Assembly (NCBI GenBank): GCA_041395865.1
Contig: JAWKZQ010000003.1
Span: 69,394-133,393, forward strand
DNA from: Pseudomonadales bacterium
Lineage (GTDB): Bacteria > Pseudomonadota > Gammaproteobacteria > Pseudomonadales > IMCC2047
DNA length: 64,000 bases
Direction: 5' to 3'
Made by a program: the position numbers and the translations under genes. The notes below the pieces were generated by a model, which was not told the origin of the DNA, did no database searches, and saw only the letters and a list, made by a program, of their open reading frames with translations. Below, piece by piece: positions 27,144 to 36,703 of this stretch. Position 1 is the first letter of the stretch; the number at the start of each line of letters is the position of its first letter.

Positions 27144-28397
27144 ATGAAGGACAAAGCCTCATACGCCAGCGCTCCTGCTATTAATGCCAGTCACGCCGAG
27201 GTCATCGTGTGCCACGGTTGTGATCATTATTATGATAGCGTTGCCTGTAAACCGGGGTACCAGTTGAATTGCCGTTATTGCGGCACGGTTCTCAAAGCAA
27301 CCCATGAAAACTGGTTGTCGAGGGCGGCGGCCTTTACGGTCGCGGGCCTGGTGCTCTTCCTGGTGACGGTTACCTTCCCGTTCCTTGGTCTTGAAGCGGC
27401 CGGACAGCAGCAGCTTACGGACCTTCTTACCGGTATTCTGGCGCTGCTGGAGCGCGACCAGTTCCTTTTGGCCTCCCTGGTATTCGTTACCATCGTTCTC
27501 TTGCCGCTGGCCGAGTTGTTGGGCCTGAGCTATGTGATTATTGGTCGATGGTTCGGCCTGAAGCTGCCTGGATTGAAATCGGTTTTACAGCTGCTGTTTA
27601 TCGCGCGGCCCTGGAATATGATGGAAATCTTTTTCATCAGTGTGCTGATTACCACGATTAAACTGGGCGATATTGCCTCCCTGCTTCCCGGCGTCGGCCT
27701 TTACGCATTTGCCGCCTTGATTCTGGTGCTGATTTACACCCATATGCACCTGGATCGGCATGCGCTCTGGGAATGGTTGCAGCATGAAAACCGTTTTAGC
27801 GTGCGCCAGGATGAAGCATTGGCGGTGTGCCATTGCTGCGACGCATTGGTGGGAGAAAGCCTCAGTGAGTGCCCGCGCTGCCGGAGCACGGTGCGGCGGC
27901 GCATTCCCGACAGCACCCAGCGTACGTTTGCACTTCTGGTGGCGGCAACCCTTCTTTATTTTCCGGCCAATATGCTGCCCATTATGACAACGGTGCAGCT
28001 GGGGCAGGAGAGGCAAGATACCATTCTCTCCGGGGTGGTACACCTGTTCGAAACCGGCAACTACGGTATTGCTGCCATTGTGTTTGTGGCCAGCATTCTG
28101 GTACCCATCGCCAAGATAGCAATACTTGCGTATCTGCTGTGGGCCATACGGAAAAAAGCTTACGGTAACCCCAAACGCCAGACATTTATTTACCGGGTTA
28201 CCGAGTTTGTTGGCCGTTGGTCAATGATTGACGTATTTGTGGTGACGTTGCTGGTGGCCATGGTTCAGTTTGGCGTACTGGCAAATATCGAACCCAATAG
28301 TGCAATTGTCTGCTTTGCAGCCGTTGTCATTTTAACGATGCTGGCGGCGGAAACCTTTGATCCAAGATTATTGTGGGATGCCCATAATGACCAATGA
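27144..28397 (+). CDS. pqiA: paraquat-inducible protein A (duplicated PqiA domain membrane protein)
   Basis: Two repeats, each with CxxC...CxxC (CHGC...CRYC and CHCC...CPRC) followed by TM helices. pqiB follows, overlapping it by 11 nt. Confidence 0.85.
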   Translation: MKDKASYASAPAINASHAEVIVCHGCDHYYDSVACKPGYQLNCRYCGTVLKATHENWLSRAAAFTVAGLVLFLVTVTFPFLGLEAAGQQQLTDLLTGILALLERDQFLLASLVFVTIVLLPLAELLGLSYVIIGRWFGLKLPGLKSVLQLLFIARPWNMMEIFFISVLITTIKLGDIASLLPGVGLYAFAALILVLIYTHMHLDRHALWEWLQHENRFSVRQDEALAVCHCCDALVGESLSECPRCRSTVRRRIPDSTQRTFALLVAATLLYFPANMLPIMTTVQLGQERQDTILSGVVHLFETGNYGIAAIVFVASILVPIAKIAILAYLLWAIRKKAYGNPKRQTFIYRVTEFVGRWSMIDVFVVTLLVAMVQFGVLANIEPNSAIVCFAAVVILTMLAAETFDPRLLWDAHNDQ

Positions 28398-29997
28398 GCC
28401 CGAGTTAAGACGAGCAACAACGCTGTCGCCGGTTTGGTTTATTCCGCTGCTGGCCTTTGTGATTGCCCTTTGGCTGGCGCTTCGAGCCTGGCAGGAATCC
28501 GGCCCTGTTATTCAAATCCAGTTCCAGGATGCGGCCGGAATAGCGGTGGGGAAAACCCAGGTACGTTACCGCGATGTGGTTGTGGGGGAAGTGAAGGATA
28601 TTAGACTGAGCGACGACTTCACCCGGGTGCAGGTAGAGGTCGAGATGGACAGGCAGGCAGAGGGCCTGCTGACGCCACAGACCAACTTTTGGGTGGTTTC
28701 GCCGCGCATATCCTTGAGCGGAATCAGCGGTATCGAGACGCTGTTGTCCGGGGTGTATATCGAGATGGATTCGCCGGGTAATGAGGATGCTGAATTGCAA
28801 ACCGAATTTATCGGATTGGATGAACCGCCTTCGGTACGTTCCTATGACAGTGGCAGTACTTATCTGCTGGTTTCGGACTCGCTGGGTAGCCTGGATATCG
28901 GTTCACCGATTTATCATCGCCAGGTGCCTGTGGGCGAAGTAACCGGCTATAAATTACTGCCGAACCAGGACAAGGTGCAGATTCGTTTTTTTGTCAAAGC
29001 GCCCTATAACGAGCTTGTTAAGGAAAGCAGCCAGTTTTGGAATGTCGGCGGCTTCGATGCAACCATCGGTTTGCAGGGTATTGATCTTGATGTCGGTTCC
29101 CTGAATGCGTTGATTGCCGGTGGCGTCGAGTTTGAAACACCGCCGATGCTGGGCAACCACATTGTTGCCGCGCCGCAGGATCATACCTTTTACCTGTTCG
29201 AGGATCGTGACGCCGTTAACGAAGGGGCTATTACGGTTTCCTACTCGTTTTTATTGCGCTTTCAAGGCTCGGTGCGCGGCCTTAAAGTGGGCGCTCCCGT
29301 TGAGTACCTGGGAATCCAGGTGGGCAAGGTGGAGCATATCAGCCTCGAGAATGACGCTGAGCAGGGGCGTCATATTAACGTGTTGATCGGCATACAACCG
29401 GAACGAATGAGTCGCGGCGAGGAACTTTCGAAGGCCTTGGTGCATCGGGAAATTGCCGGGCTGGTGAGCAAAGGCATGCAGGCCCGGCTGCATTCGGGAA
29501 GCCTGATCGGTGGCTCGCTGTTTGTCGATCTGGTCCCGAATGCGGGTCCGGAGGGCGTTATGACCCAAAACGGCCACTTTCCCGAAATTCCCACCTCCGA
29601 TAATGAATACAACCAGATTGCGCGTCAGCTGGCGGGGATTGTGGAGCGATTGCATCGCGTGCCGATCGAGGATATCGGTAAAGACCTTCAGGAAAGCATA
29701 AAGCTATTTAAGCAGGTGGTTGCCGACCTTGAGCATGGGCAAATCGGGAATAAAACGGCAGCACTGGTCGATAACCTTCACAAGGCGACCCAGGGTCTGG
29801 AAGGTTCGATGAAACAACTGGAAACGACGTTGCGGGCTATTGACCAGACGGTAGCGCCGGATTCCGCCCTGAACCATACGCTGGTGGAGACGCTGGAAGA
29901 TATTTCCGGCGCAGCAAAGTCCATGGAACAACTGACCGATGAGCTTTATCGATACCCCAACGCATTTTTGCTCGGCAAGGAGGCGGATTCACCATGA
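28387..29997 (+). CDS. pqiB: MCE-domain protein PqiB
   Basis: An N-terminal TM anchor (VWFIPLLAFVIALWLAL), three MCE-like repeats (..G.PVRYRGV.VG.V) and a C-terminal helical region. Start set at MTNEPELRR (ATG 28387). Confidence 0.85.
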   Translation: MTNEPELRRATTLSPVWFIPLLAFVIALWLALRAWQESGPVIQIQFQDAAGIAVGKTQVRYRDVVVGEVKDIRLSDDFTRVQVEVEMDRQAEGLLTPQTNFWVVSPRISLSGISGIETLLSGVYIEMDSPGNEDAELQTEFIGLDEPPSVRSYDSGSTYLLVSDSLGSLDIGSPIYHRQVPVGEVTGYKLLPNQDKVQIRFFVKAPYNELVKESSQFWNVGGFDATIGLQGIDLDVGSLNALIAGGVEFETPPMLGNHIVAAPQDHTFYLFEDRDAVNEGAITVSYSFLLRFQGSVRGLKVGAPVEYLGIQVGKVEHISLENDAEQGRHINVLIGIQPERMSRGEELSKALVHREIAGLVSKGMQARLHSGSLIGGSLFVDLVPNAGPEGVMTQNGHFPEIPTSDNEYNQIARQLAGIVERLHRVPIEDIGKDLQESIKLFKQVVADLEHGQIGNKTAALVDNLHKATQGLEGSMKQLETTLRAIDQTVAPDSALNHTLVETLEDISGAAKSMEQLTDELYRYPNAFLLGKEADSP

Positions 29998-30629
29998 AAA
30001 AAAACAGCCCATTGGTTAAACGACTAAAAAGGACGGCGGGATGGCTCCTGTGCCTTAGCTTCCTGGCCGGGTGCGCTGCACAACCGCCAACCCACTATTA
30101 TGACCTTACTGCTCGGGTAAACGCCGAACCAACCCGGCTGCCTGGAAGTATTTCGCTGGGAGTGGGGCCTGTCAGCCTGCCGAAAGTCCTGGACCGCCCG
30201 GGAATCGTTACCCGCCAGCATGAAAATACGATTGATGTTGCCACCTACCACATTTGGGCCGGCGAGCTGGAGGAAACCTTTACCCGGGTATTGGCCGACA
30301 CGCTGGCGGCAACATTACAGCAGGATACGGTTTGGGCATCCCCTTGGGATAATCGTTTTCGGCCCGAGTACCAGCTACGGATTTTCGTGGATCGCTTTTC
30401 CGGGGAGTTGAACGGACGGGTTACGCTCAGTGCCAACTGGACACTGCTAAAGGATTATGGAAACGAAGCAGTCAGGACGTACCGCTACCGTACCACCGTT
30501 GAAAGCGGGGAGGGATATTTGGCGTACGTTTCCGCCTTGAACGATTTGCTCTCAGGCTTTGCCGATGAGATAGCAACCAAACTCTCGGCAGCGCTCGCAA
30601 GCACAGGCGATGACGGAATGAACCTGTAA
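29994..30629 (+). CDS. pqiC: PqiC/YmbA-like ABC-type transport auxiliary lipoprotein
   Basis: Lipobox LAGC. Its size and position match pqiC, and it makes an ATGA overlap with pqiB. Confidence 0.75.
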   Translation: MKKNSPLVKRLKRTAGWLLCLSFLAGCAAQPPTHYYDLTARVNAEPTRLPGSISLGVGPVSLPKVLDRPGIVTRQHENTIDVATYHIWAGELEETFTRVLADTLAATLQQDTVWASPWDNRFRPEYQLRIFVDRFSGELNGRVTLSANWTLLKDYGNEAVRTYRYRTTVESGEGYLAYVSALNDLLSGFADEIATKLSAALASTGDDGMNL

Positions 30630-30672
30630 ATCAGGTTGTAAATACAGCCAGCAGTCTTCACGAGAGGGTTTG

Positions 30673-31953
30673 ATGAATTTGAACAGGTTAAGGGAATTCT
30701 TCCCGCTGATATTGCTCATTAGCCTTCTAGGCCTGTCAGGCTGCGCCTCATTCCAGGCGAATCCGGATCTATCAACGTATCTAACCCGAGCTCAGACACA
30801 AACACAGGATAATATTACGGTGACTACGGCTGTGCTCAGTCACAGCGAGTCCCAAGAGGTATTTGGCTCAGACCTGAGTTTAAAGCGCATCCAGGTAATC
30901 TGGGTGGAAATTGATAACCGGGACGACCATGTCTACTGGCTCGTTAATTCAGCCATGGACCCGGATTATTTTTCACCGCATGAGGTTGCCTACAGCCAAA
31001 GGGCTTGGCTCAATCCCGACTATAACAAGGAACTCGAATCGTATTTTGAGACGGTCAGTTTTCGAAATCCTATTCCAGCCAACACAAAGCACTCGGGGTT
31101 TGTTTTTGTAAACCTGGATATGGATGAGAAAGAAGTTGATATCGACCTGATCAGTAGACATGAAACGAAGTTTTTTGATTTTTATTTTGAGTTAGCTGAA
31201 ATCCGCGCCGAATCTCTCGAGGGAGTGGAAAGAACCCTGAACGATTCGCCCGCCACTGCTTTAGATGAGCGGGAGCTGAAGGAGCGTTTGGAGCAGTTGC
31301 CCTGTTGTACCACAGGCGAAGACGGAAGCCTTGATGGCGATCCGCTGAACCTGGTGATCATCGGGGATAGCAGTATGTTATTCCCGGCTTTTGTGAGAAG
31401 AGGCTGGCACCGCTCTGAACAGAGTTACCTGGGCTCTATCTGGAAAACCATCAACTCATTTATCTTCGGCAAACACTATCGTTATTCGCCTGTCAGCCCG
31501 CTGTATTTTAATGGACGCAAACAGGATATTGCGTTGCAAAAAGCCCGGGGTACTGTTCACCAACGTAACCATTTGCGCCTCTGGTTGACTGACCTTTCAT
31601 ACAATGACAAAGAGGTTTGGGTCGGCCAGATCAGCCGGGATATTGGCGTGCGCTTTACGCTGCAAACTCCCACATTTACGACGCACAAAATTGACCCGGA
31701 TATTGATGAAGCCAGGACGGCGCTCATTGAGGACATGCTCTTTTCACAGGGAATAGCAAAGATCGGGTTTGTGAAGGGAGGCGGTGAAAAAACGCCGGAT
31801 TTACCTGGACGTAATTTGACGGGAGATGCTTACGTTACGGATGGTCTGCGAGTCGTACTTGAATTTGGCCGCCGGCCCAACAACATTGAGGACGTGAGGT
31901 TCTTTGATTGGGAATCACCGGGGCGGTTTAAAATTTTTTCTGAGCCTGATTAG
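30673..31953 (+). CDS. LssY C-terminal-domain lipoprotein
   Basis: Lipobox LSGC. The C-terminal region has DPLNLVIIGD, a VHQRNHLRLW motif and a DID.ART segment, as I recall for the LssY_C domain. ATG 30673 follows GAGAGGG. Confidence 0.6.
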   Translation: MNLNRLREFFPLILLISLLGLSGCASFQANPDLSTYLTRAQTQTQDNITVTTAVLSHSESQEVFGSDLSLKRIQVIWVEIDNRDDHVYWLVNSAMDPDYFSPHEVAYSQRAWLNPDYNKELESYFETVSFRNPIPANTKHSGFVFVNLDMDEKEVDIDLISRHETKFFDFYFELAEIRAESLEGVERTLNDSPATALDERELKERLEQLPCCTTGEDGSLDGDPLNLVIIGDSSMLFPAFVRRGWHRSEQSYLGSIWKTINSFIFGKHYRYSPVSPLYFNGRKQDIALQKARGTVHQRNHLRLWLTDLSYNDKEVWVGQISRDIGVRFTLQTPTFTTHKIDPDIDEARTALIEDMLFSQGIAKIGFVKGGGEKTPDLPGRNLTGDAYVTDGLRVVLEFGRRPNNIEDVRFFDWESPGRFKIFSEPD

Positions 31954-32127
31954 TTGTCCAGAAATCAACTAATTGTTGAGATTAGCGGCCGTCAATAGCG
32001 GTAAGACCGTTCGGCCTTGAGGTTGGCGAACAGGTAATGGTTACAGCCACCAGGCTTGGCCCGATGCGTACTCATAAGCGAGTTTTTGCAGAGAACGCGG
32101 CAAAATGCCCTGATTCAATATTTTGCT

Positions 32128-32523
32128 TTATTGGTTGTAGATGTAGGCGCAGTACTCGTCATTTCTGGTAAACATCTCACTGTGGTGGTCGACGGTTTCC
32201 AGATAGTTAAGCAGCTCTTCTTCGGTTTTGAAGTGAACAATCTGGCGGTTTTCCTCCTTGAGCTGATAGGTTTCCTCATACAGCCAGATAACGTCTTCGC
32301 GCAGCTTTTTAGGGATGACGATTTGGGTTTCGTCATCATCATTCAGGGTGATCTTCAATTTGCCTGTTTTGTGAGTGGGGCCATGGGCCGCTAATGCGCC
32401 TTTGAAAACCGCTTCATGCGTTTTTCCGTTTACGGAATTAACCTGAACATGCACATTGTTCGATTTTGTCCGGTAAATACAGATATCCGCACCGTCTTTA
32501 CTTTTGAACGAAACCTTATTCAT
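32128..32523 (-). CDS. hypothetical protein
   Basis: ORF with a strong SD (AAGGAGGTGGTC ATG) at the internal start MNKVSFKS. No family recognised. Confidence 0.55.
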   Translation of the reverse strand: MNKVSFKSKDGADICIYRTKSNNVHVQVNSVNGKTHEAVFKGALAAHGPTHKTGKLKITLNDDDETQIVIPKKLREDVIWLYEETYQLKEENRQIVHFKTEEELLNYLETVDHHSEMFTRNDEYCAYIYNQ

Positions 32524-32763
32524 GACCACCTCCTTCGACTTATGTTTTGTCACAAGACACGGTTGGTGCGACTAAATTTAAACTTTATTTTCGATTTGTG
32601 CCAGAACTATCCCCGGTGAGGGGTTTGGGATGATGGGGCGGGGAGGCTGAAAACATCGTGAGAATCGTGAAACTCGCTTTGTGAAAAGGCGCTTCATCAA
32701 TTATTTCTACACAATTTTGAGTTACTATCACACCCTCTAAATGCAACCGCCAGAGGCAATATC

Positions 32764-35364
32764 TTGACCCCATTGGGCCTACCTGTAGAAGCCGTTTTAG
32801 AAAGCCTTAAACAGCAATTATCTGAACGACACGAGGTCGTGCTGGAAGCCCCGCCGGGTGCGGGTAAAACCACCATTGTCCCGCTTGCGCTTTTGGATGA
32901 GCCCTGGTTAAAAAGCCAAAGGCTTAAACACCGAAAAATCCTGATGCTGGAACCGCGCAGAATCGCCACCAAATCGGCGGCGTATCGCATGGCGAGTCTG
33001 TTGAATGAAAAGCCCGGCGAAACCATTGGTTATCGGATGCGATTGGATACCCGGGTCGGCAGGCAAACCCGGGTAGAGGTGATCACTGAAGGGATTCTGA
33101 CACGCATGCTGCAGGATGACCCGTCGCTGGATGAGGTGGGGTTGGTCATCTTTGATGAATTTCACGAACGTAGCCTCGAGTCGGATCTGGCGCTCAGCCT
33201 GTGCCTCAAGGGCCGGTCATTGTTTAGGGGTGATGATGACCCGCTGAAACTTCTGGTCATGTCGGCCACACTCGATAGCACGGGCGTATCGGAATTGTTG
33301 AGTGGCGCCCCTGTTGTGAAAAGTGAGGGCAGGACCTATCCGGTCGATATTATTTACGGACAGGCCATGCAGCCCAAAGCGCGCATCATTGATCGCATGG
33401 TGGCGACCATTAAACGCGCGCTCGATGAGAATCCAACCAGCAGCCTGCTGGCTTTTTTACCTGGGCAGGGCGAAGTCCGCCGCACGGCCGACGAACTTTC
33501 CAACTGGATTTCCGATAGAAAATTACCGGGCATTCACCTGCGCCCGCTGTTTGGCAACCTCTCCATTGAAGAGCAGCAACAGGCCATTGCGCCGCTTTCG
33601 GGTAAGCAGGCCAACGACCAGAAAGTGGTGCTGGCCACCAATATTGCCGAAACCAGTCTCACTATCGATGGTGTGGATGTGGTGGTCGACTCCGGCCTGG
33701 TGCGGGTGGAAAAATTTAACCCGGCAACCGGCATGGCGGGTCTGCATACCGTCAAAATTTCAAAAGCATCCAGTGTGCAAAGGGCAGGGCGTGCCGGGCG
33801 GTTACGTCCCGGCAAGTGCTATCGACTCTGGTCAGCGGATCAACAACAGCAACTCGCCGCGCACAGCCCGGCTGAGATATTAAGTACCGATCTCGCACCA
33901 CTGGCATTGCAATTATTGCAATGGGGTGTCGATAACCCAACCGAGTTAAGTTGGCTCGATGTGCCGCCAACCGGGCACTGGCAACAGGGTATGGCGTTGC
34001 TCAAGTCGCTCGGTGCGGTTAAACGCGAAGCCAATGACTGGGTGTTGACCGGGCATGGACAGGCCATGACGTCATTGCCGGTACACCCAAGGCTCGCCCA
34101 TCTATTACTGTGCGGTGCCGCGGTTGGCTCTGGCAAACCGGCCGCCTTGCTCGCCAGCCTGTTATCGGACCGTGATCCATTTAGCCATGCCTCTTCTAAT
34201 TATGAGAGCCCTGATATTAGTCATCGCCTTGAACTCTTGAGCGGCAAAGCGTCTTGCCCGCCCATGCATCAGGGTTGGCTACATCGCACGCGCCAGCTCG
34301 CCGAACAGTTCGAACAACAGGTCTCCAAAGTAAAACAGCCGGGCTCATTGGCCTATTTGATCACCGCTGAGCAGTTGCCCGGTTACCTGCTGGCCTGCGC
34401 CTACCCAGATCGTATTGCGCGCCGTCGACATTCCGGCGGCTATCAACTTGCTAACGGGCGTAGCGCCAACCTGCTTGGACATCATCACCTGGCTAATAAC
34501 GGCTGGCTCGCCGTCGCGGAAGTTTCAAGCATGCAGGGCGGCAAGGGCGATATTATTCGCTCCGCCGTGAAACTGGATGAACGCCTTTTTGATTCGGCCC
34601 TGAGCGACGCGATTCAGACTGAAACCATCGCCGAGTGGGATAAAAAAACCAATCGTTTTGTCGCCGAAGAACAGAAAAAAATCGGCGCTTTGGTTTTGCA
34701 GCGCACCCGCTTGGACAGCGTGCCCGCCGAGGCCAAAAGCGCCGCATTGATTCAGCATATCCGAAAGCAGGGCCTCAATCTGCTGCCCTGGACCCCGGAA
34801 CTGAAACAATGGTGCGCCAGAGTCTTACTGGTTCGCTCAATAGAGGGGGCCAGTTCAAGTAATAAGCCAGGTGATGAGAATTGGCCGGATGTAAGCGAGG
34901 AGGGGCTGCTCGCCACGCTTGAGGAGTGGCTTGCGCCGTATTTGAACGACGTGAATCTATTAAATGACTTCAAGAAAATTAACTTAACGGACGTGTTGCA
35001 GGCATCGCTGCCCTGGGAGCAACAGCAGGCGCTTAGCGAATTGGCGCCGACCCACCTTAAAGTGCCCTCCGGTTCAAACATTCGCATCGACTACACCGAG
35101 TCGCCGCCCGTGCTGGCGGTAAAACTCCAGGAAATGTTCGGTTGCGAGCAAAGCCCAGCCGTAGTGGCCGGTAAAGTACCACTGCTGGTACATCTCCTGT
35201 CGCCCGCGGGCAGGCCGCTGCAAGTGACGCAGGACCTCGCCGGTTTCTGGCGCACCTCGTATCACGATGTCAAAAAAGACATGAAGGGCCGTTATCCCAA
35301 ACATCCCTGGCCGGATGATCCACTGGTGGCGATTGCCACGCGCAAGACGAAAAATCGTCTTTGA
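32764..35364 (+). CDS. hrpB: ATP-dependent RNA helicase HrpB (DEAH box)
   Basis: GAGKTT, DEFHERS, SATLD, TNIAETSLTI, QRAGRAGR, and the HrpB C-terminal domain (...FWRTSYHDVKKDMKGRYPKHPWPDDP). Similar to E. coli HrpB along its length. TTG start. Confidence 0.95.
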   Translation: MTPLGLPVEAVLESLKQQLSERHEVVLEAPPGAGKTTIVPLALLDEPWLKSQRLKHRKILMLEPRRIATKSAAYRMASLLNEKPGETIGYRMRLDTRVGRQTRVEVITEGILTRMLQDDPSLDEVGLVIFDEFHERSLESDLALSLCLKGRSLFRGDDDPLKLLVMSATLDSTGVSELLSGAPVVKSEGRTYPVDIIYGQAMQPKARIIDRMVATIKRALDENPTSSLLAFLPGQGEVRRTADELSNWISDRKLPGIHLRPLFGNLSIEEQQQAIAPLSGKQANDQKVVLATNIAETSLTIDGVDVVVDSGLVRVEKFNPATGMAGLHTVKISKASSVQRAGRAGRLRPGKCYRLWSADQQQQLAAHSPAEILSTDLAPLALQLLQWGVDNPTELSWLDVPPTGHWQQGMALLKSLGAVKREANDWVLTGHGQAMTSLPVHPRLAHLLLCGAAVGSGKPAALLASLLSDRDPFSHASSNYESPDISHRLELLSGKASCPPMHQGWLHRTRQLAEQFEQQVSKVKQPGSLAYLITAEQLPGYLLACAYPDRIARRRHSGGYQLANGRSANLLGHHHLANNGWLAVAEVSSMQGGKGDIIRSAVKLDERLFDSALSDAIQTETIAEWDKKTNRFVAEEQKKIGALVLQRTRLDSVPAEAKSAALIQHIRKQGLNLLPWTPELKQWCARVLLVRSIEGASSSNKPGDENWPDVSEEGLLATLEEWLAPYLNDVNLLNDFKKINLTDVLQASLPWEQQQALSELAPTHLKVPSGSNIRIDYTESPPVLAVKLQEMFGCEQSPAVVAGKVPLLVHLLSPAGRPLQVTQDLAGFWRTSYHDVKKDMKGRYPKHPWPDDPLVAIATRKTKNRL

Positions 35365-35367
35365 GTG
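35250..35367 (+). repeat. hrpB 3'-terminus repeat, copy 1 (functional gene end)
   Basis: Last ~115 nt of hrpB including stop 35362-35364. It recurs at 36470-36593 and 39066-39172. Confidence 0.9.
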
Positions 35368-35430
35368 GTCAGGAGTTAGAAATAGGGGTAGTTAAAACTC
35401 TAATAAGTCTTAATTATTTCAGAGTTCAGG

Positions 35431-36255
35431 TTAGGTTATTTTACGAGTGCTTTTGTGACTTCTTCTGAAGAAGAAATAAAATAGAGATGCGATAAAAAGA
35501 TAGCCTGTGCTTGGCAACGAGAGTTCCCTTACAGCTATGTCGTCAAAAAACACACTATTCCCTCCGCGGGTGAAACCGAATAAACCAACTCCACCTGACG
35601 AATGAGTCTCGTCTTTAGCGACAAGTGTACTAATAAGAAAATTGTCTCGTCCTAAAGCAGTTTGCCAAAGTGAAGCTTTAATCCAGTTATCAAACGTTTC
35701 TAATTCTATGAAGAAATTGTTGTCTTGAGGGCTGATATTAAATTGGGAGGTGCTTGCCAATACGTTTTCTTGCCGGACGACACCAGCGTTTAGTGTTGCC
35801 AATGTGAATGTAGCAGTCGTAGCTCCGTAAAGGATATGCGCAATGTATCCATCTAGAGCAAATCCACTTCCTGATAGCCTCGCCATTAGCCCGCTAGAGC
35901 GGTAGCCAAATGTATCTGTGATACCTACACCAACGTAACCTGAGATAACAACATTTTTATAGCTTTCTGATAGAGGTGTTGTTGCGTAGCTATGGGTTGG
36001 CGCAATGGAATTCCCTTCGTAGTAGCGCAATTCTTTATCGCCCCTGGATGAAATAGGGAGAGCTGGATTCGTGGGGGCACCTTGAGAGGCTACTAAAGAG
36101 TCTGGTTCAAATATTCCTCCACCTGATAAAAATGTATTGGAGAAATGTGTATCCGATACTGTTGATGCATCATCAAACGTTTCAATGAACCCAGCATTTG
36201 AATTCATTGAACAAAAGCTTAGCGCTAATGCTGGAATAATTTTCCCTAGTTTCAT
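35431..36255 (-). CDS. secreted jelly-roll/lectin-like protein with a C-terminal sorting signal (LPSTG + TM + RRSHK)
   Basis: Start at MKLGKIIP (ATG 36255, AGGGAA upstream) with signal peptide ALALSFCSMNSNA. The C-terminus is ...FFDDIAVRELSLPSTGYLFIASLFYFFFRRSHKSTRKIT: a sorting motif, a hydrophobic helix and a basic tail. The gene and its flanks are visibly AT-rich compared with neighbours. Confidence 0.7.
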   Translation of the reverse strand: MKLGKIIPALALSFCSMNSNAGFIETFDDASTVSDTHFSNTFLSGGGIFEPDSLVASQGAPTNPALPISSRGDKELRYYEGNSIAPTHSYATTPLSESYKNVVISGYVGVGITDTFGYRSSGLMARLSGSGFALDGYIAHILYGATTATFTLATLNAGVVRQENVLASTSQFNISPQDNNFFIELETFDNWIKASLWQTALGRDNFLISTLVAKDETHSSGGVGLFGFTRGGNSVFFDDIAVRELSLPSTGYLFIASLFYFFFRRSHKSTRKIT

Positions 36256-36376
36256 TATGACATTCCCTATCAAATAAATTTTTATGAATTAACAGCTACT
36301 TTATTAAAGCGCTATATTATATATAGCTGCATCAGGCAAAATTCGTTCCAAATTGTTTATCTTTAAATTAAAATCA

Positions 36377-36409
36377 ATGTATTAGCTTGTTTGTAATAAG
36401 CTAATACAT
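36377..36409. other. perfect 12-bp-stem inverted repeat upstream of the islet gene
   Basis: ATGTATTAGCTT-gtttgtaat-AAGCTAATACAT, ~120 nt upstream of ATG 36255 in AT-rich DNA. A second small inverted repeat, GTTCAAA-cact-TTTGAAC, follows ~15 nt further on. Confidence 0.6.
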
Positions 36410-36469
36410 ATCAACTTGTAAAATGTTCAAACACTTTTGAACTGCTGAAACTGCAATAATTGGTGACCG

Positions 36470-36593
36470 TTTTGAGTGCTCCTCTTATCACGGTGTAAAA
36501 AAGACATGAAAGGCCGCTACCCCAAACATCCCTGGCCGGATGATCCACTGGTGGCGATTGCCACGTGCAAGACGAAAAATCGTCTTTGAGTGG
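36470..36593 (+). repeat. hrpB 3'-terminus repeat, copy 2 (non-functional remnant)
   Basis: Hand alignment to 35250-35367 gives about 7 differences, including a 1-nt deletion that creates ...gtgTAAaaaag. A 45-nt stretch (cccaaacatccctggccggatgatccactggtggcgattgccacg) is identical, and the ...cgtctttgagtgg end is conserved. Confidence 0.9.
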
Positions 36594-36703
36594 CTCGTAG
36601 TTGAAACGGGCTGAGATTAGAGACAAAAATTCCAGCTTGGGTTTATGGCTTTGCTCCGACCTCAGTTTCCAGGCTCCAAATCGTTTGGAGAGTGGCCGCG
36701 CCG

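Noticed and set aside
35431-35520. Reading the LPSTG C-terminus as definite evidence for a Gram-positive-style sortase substrate
   Set aside because: The same tail fits a PEP-CTERM-like variant (xLP-ST + TM + basic cluster) equally well, and no sortase or exosortase gene is in the window. It is reported only as an unresolved sorting signal.
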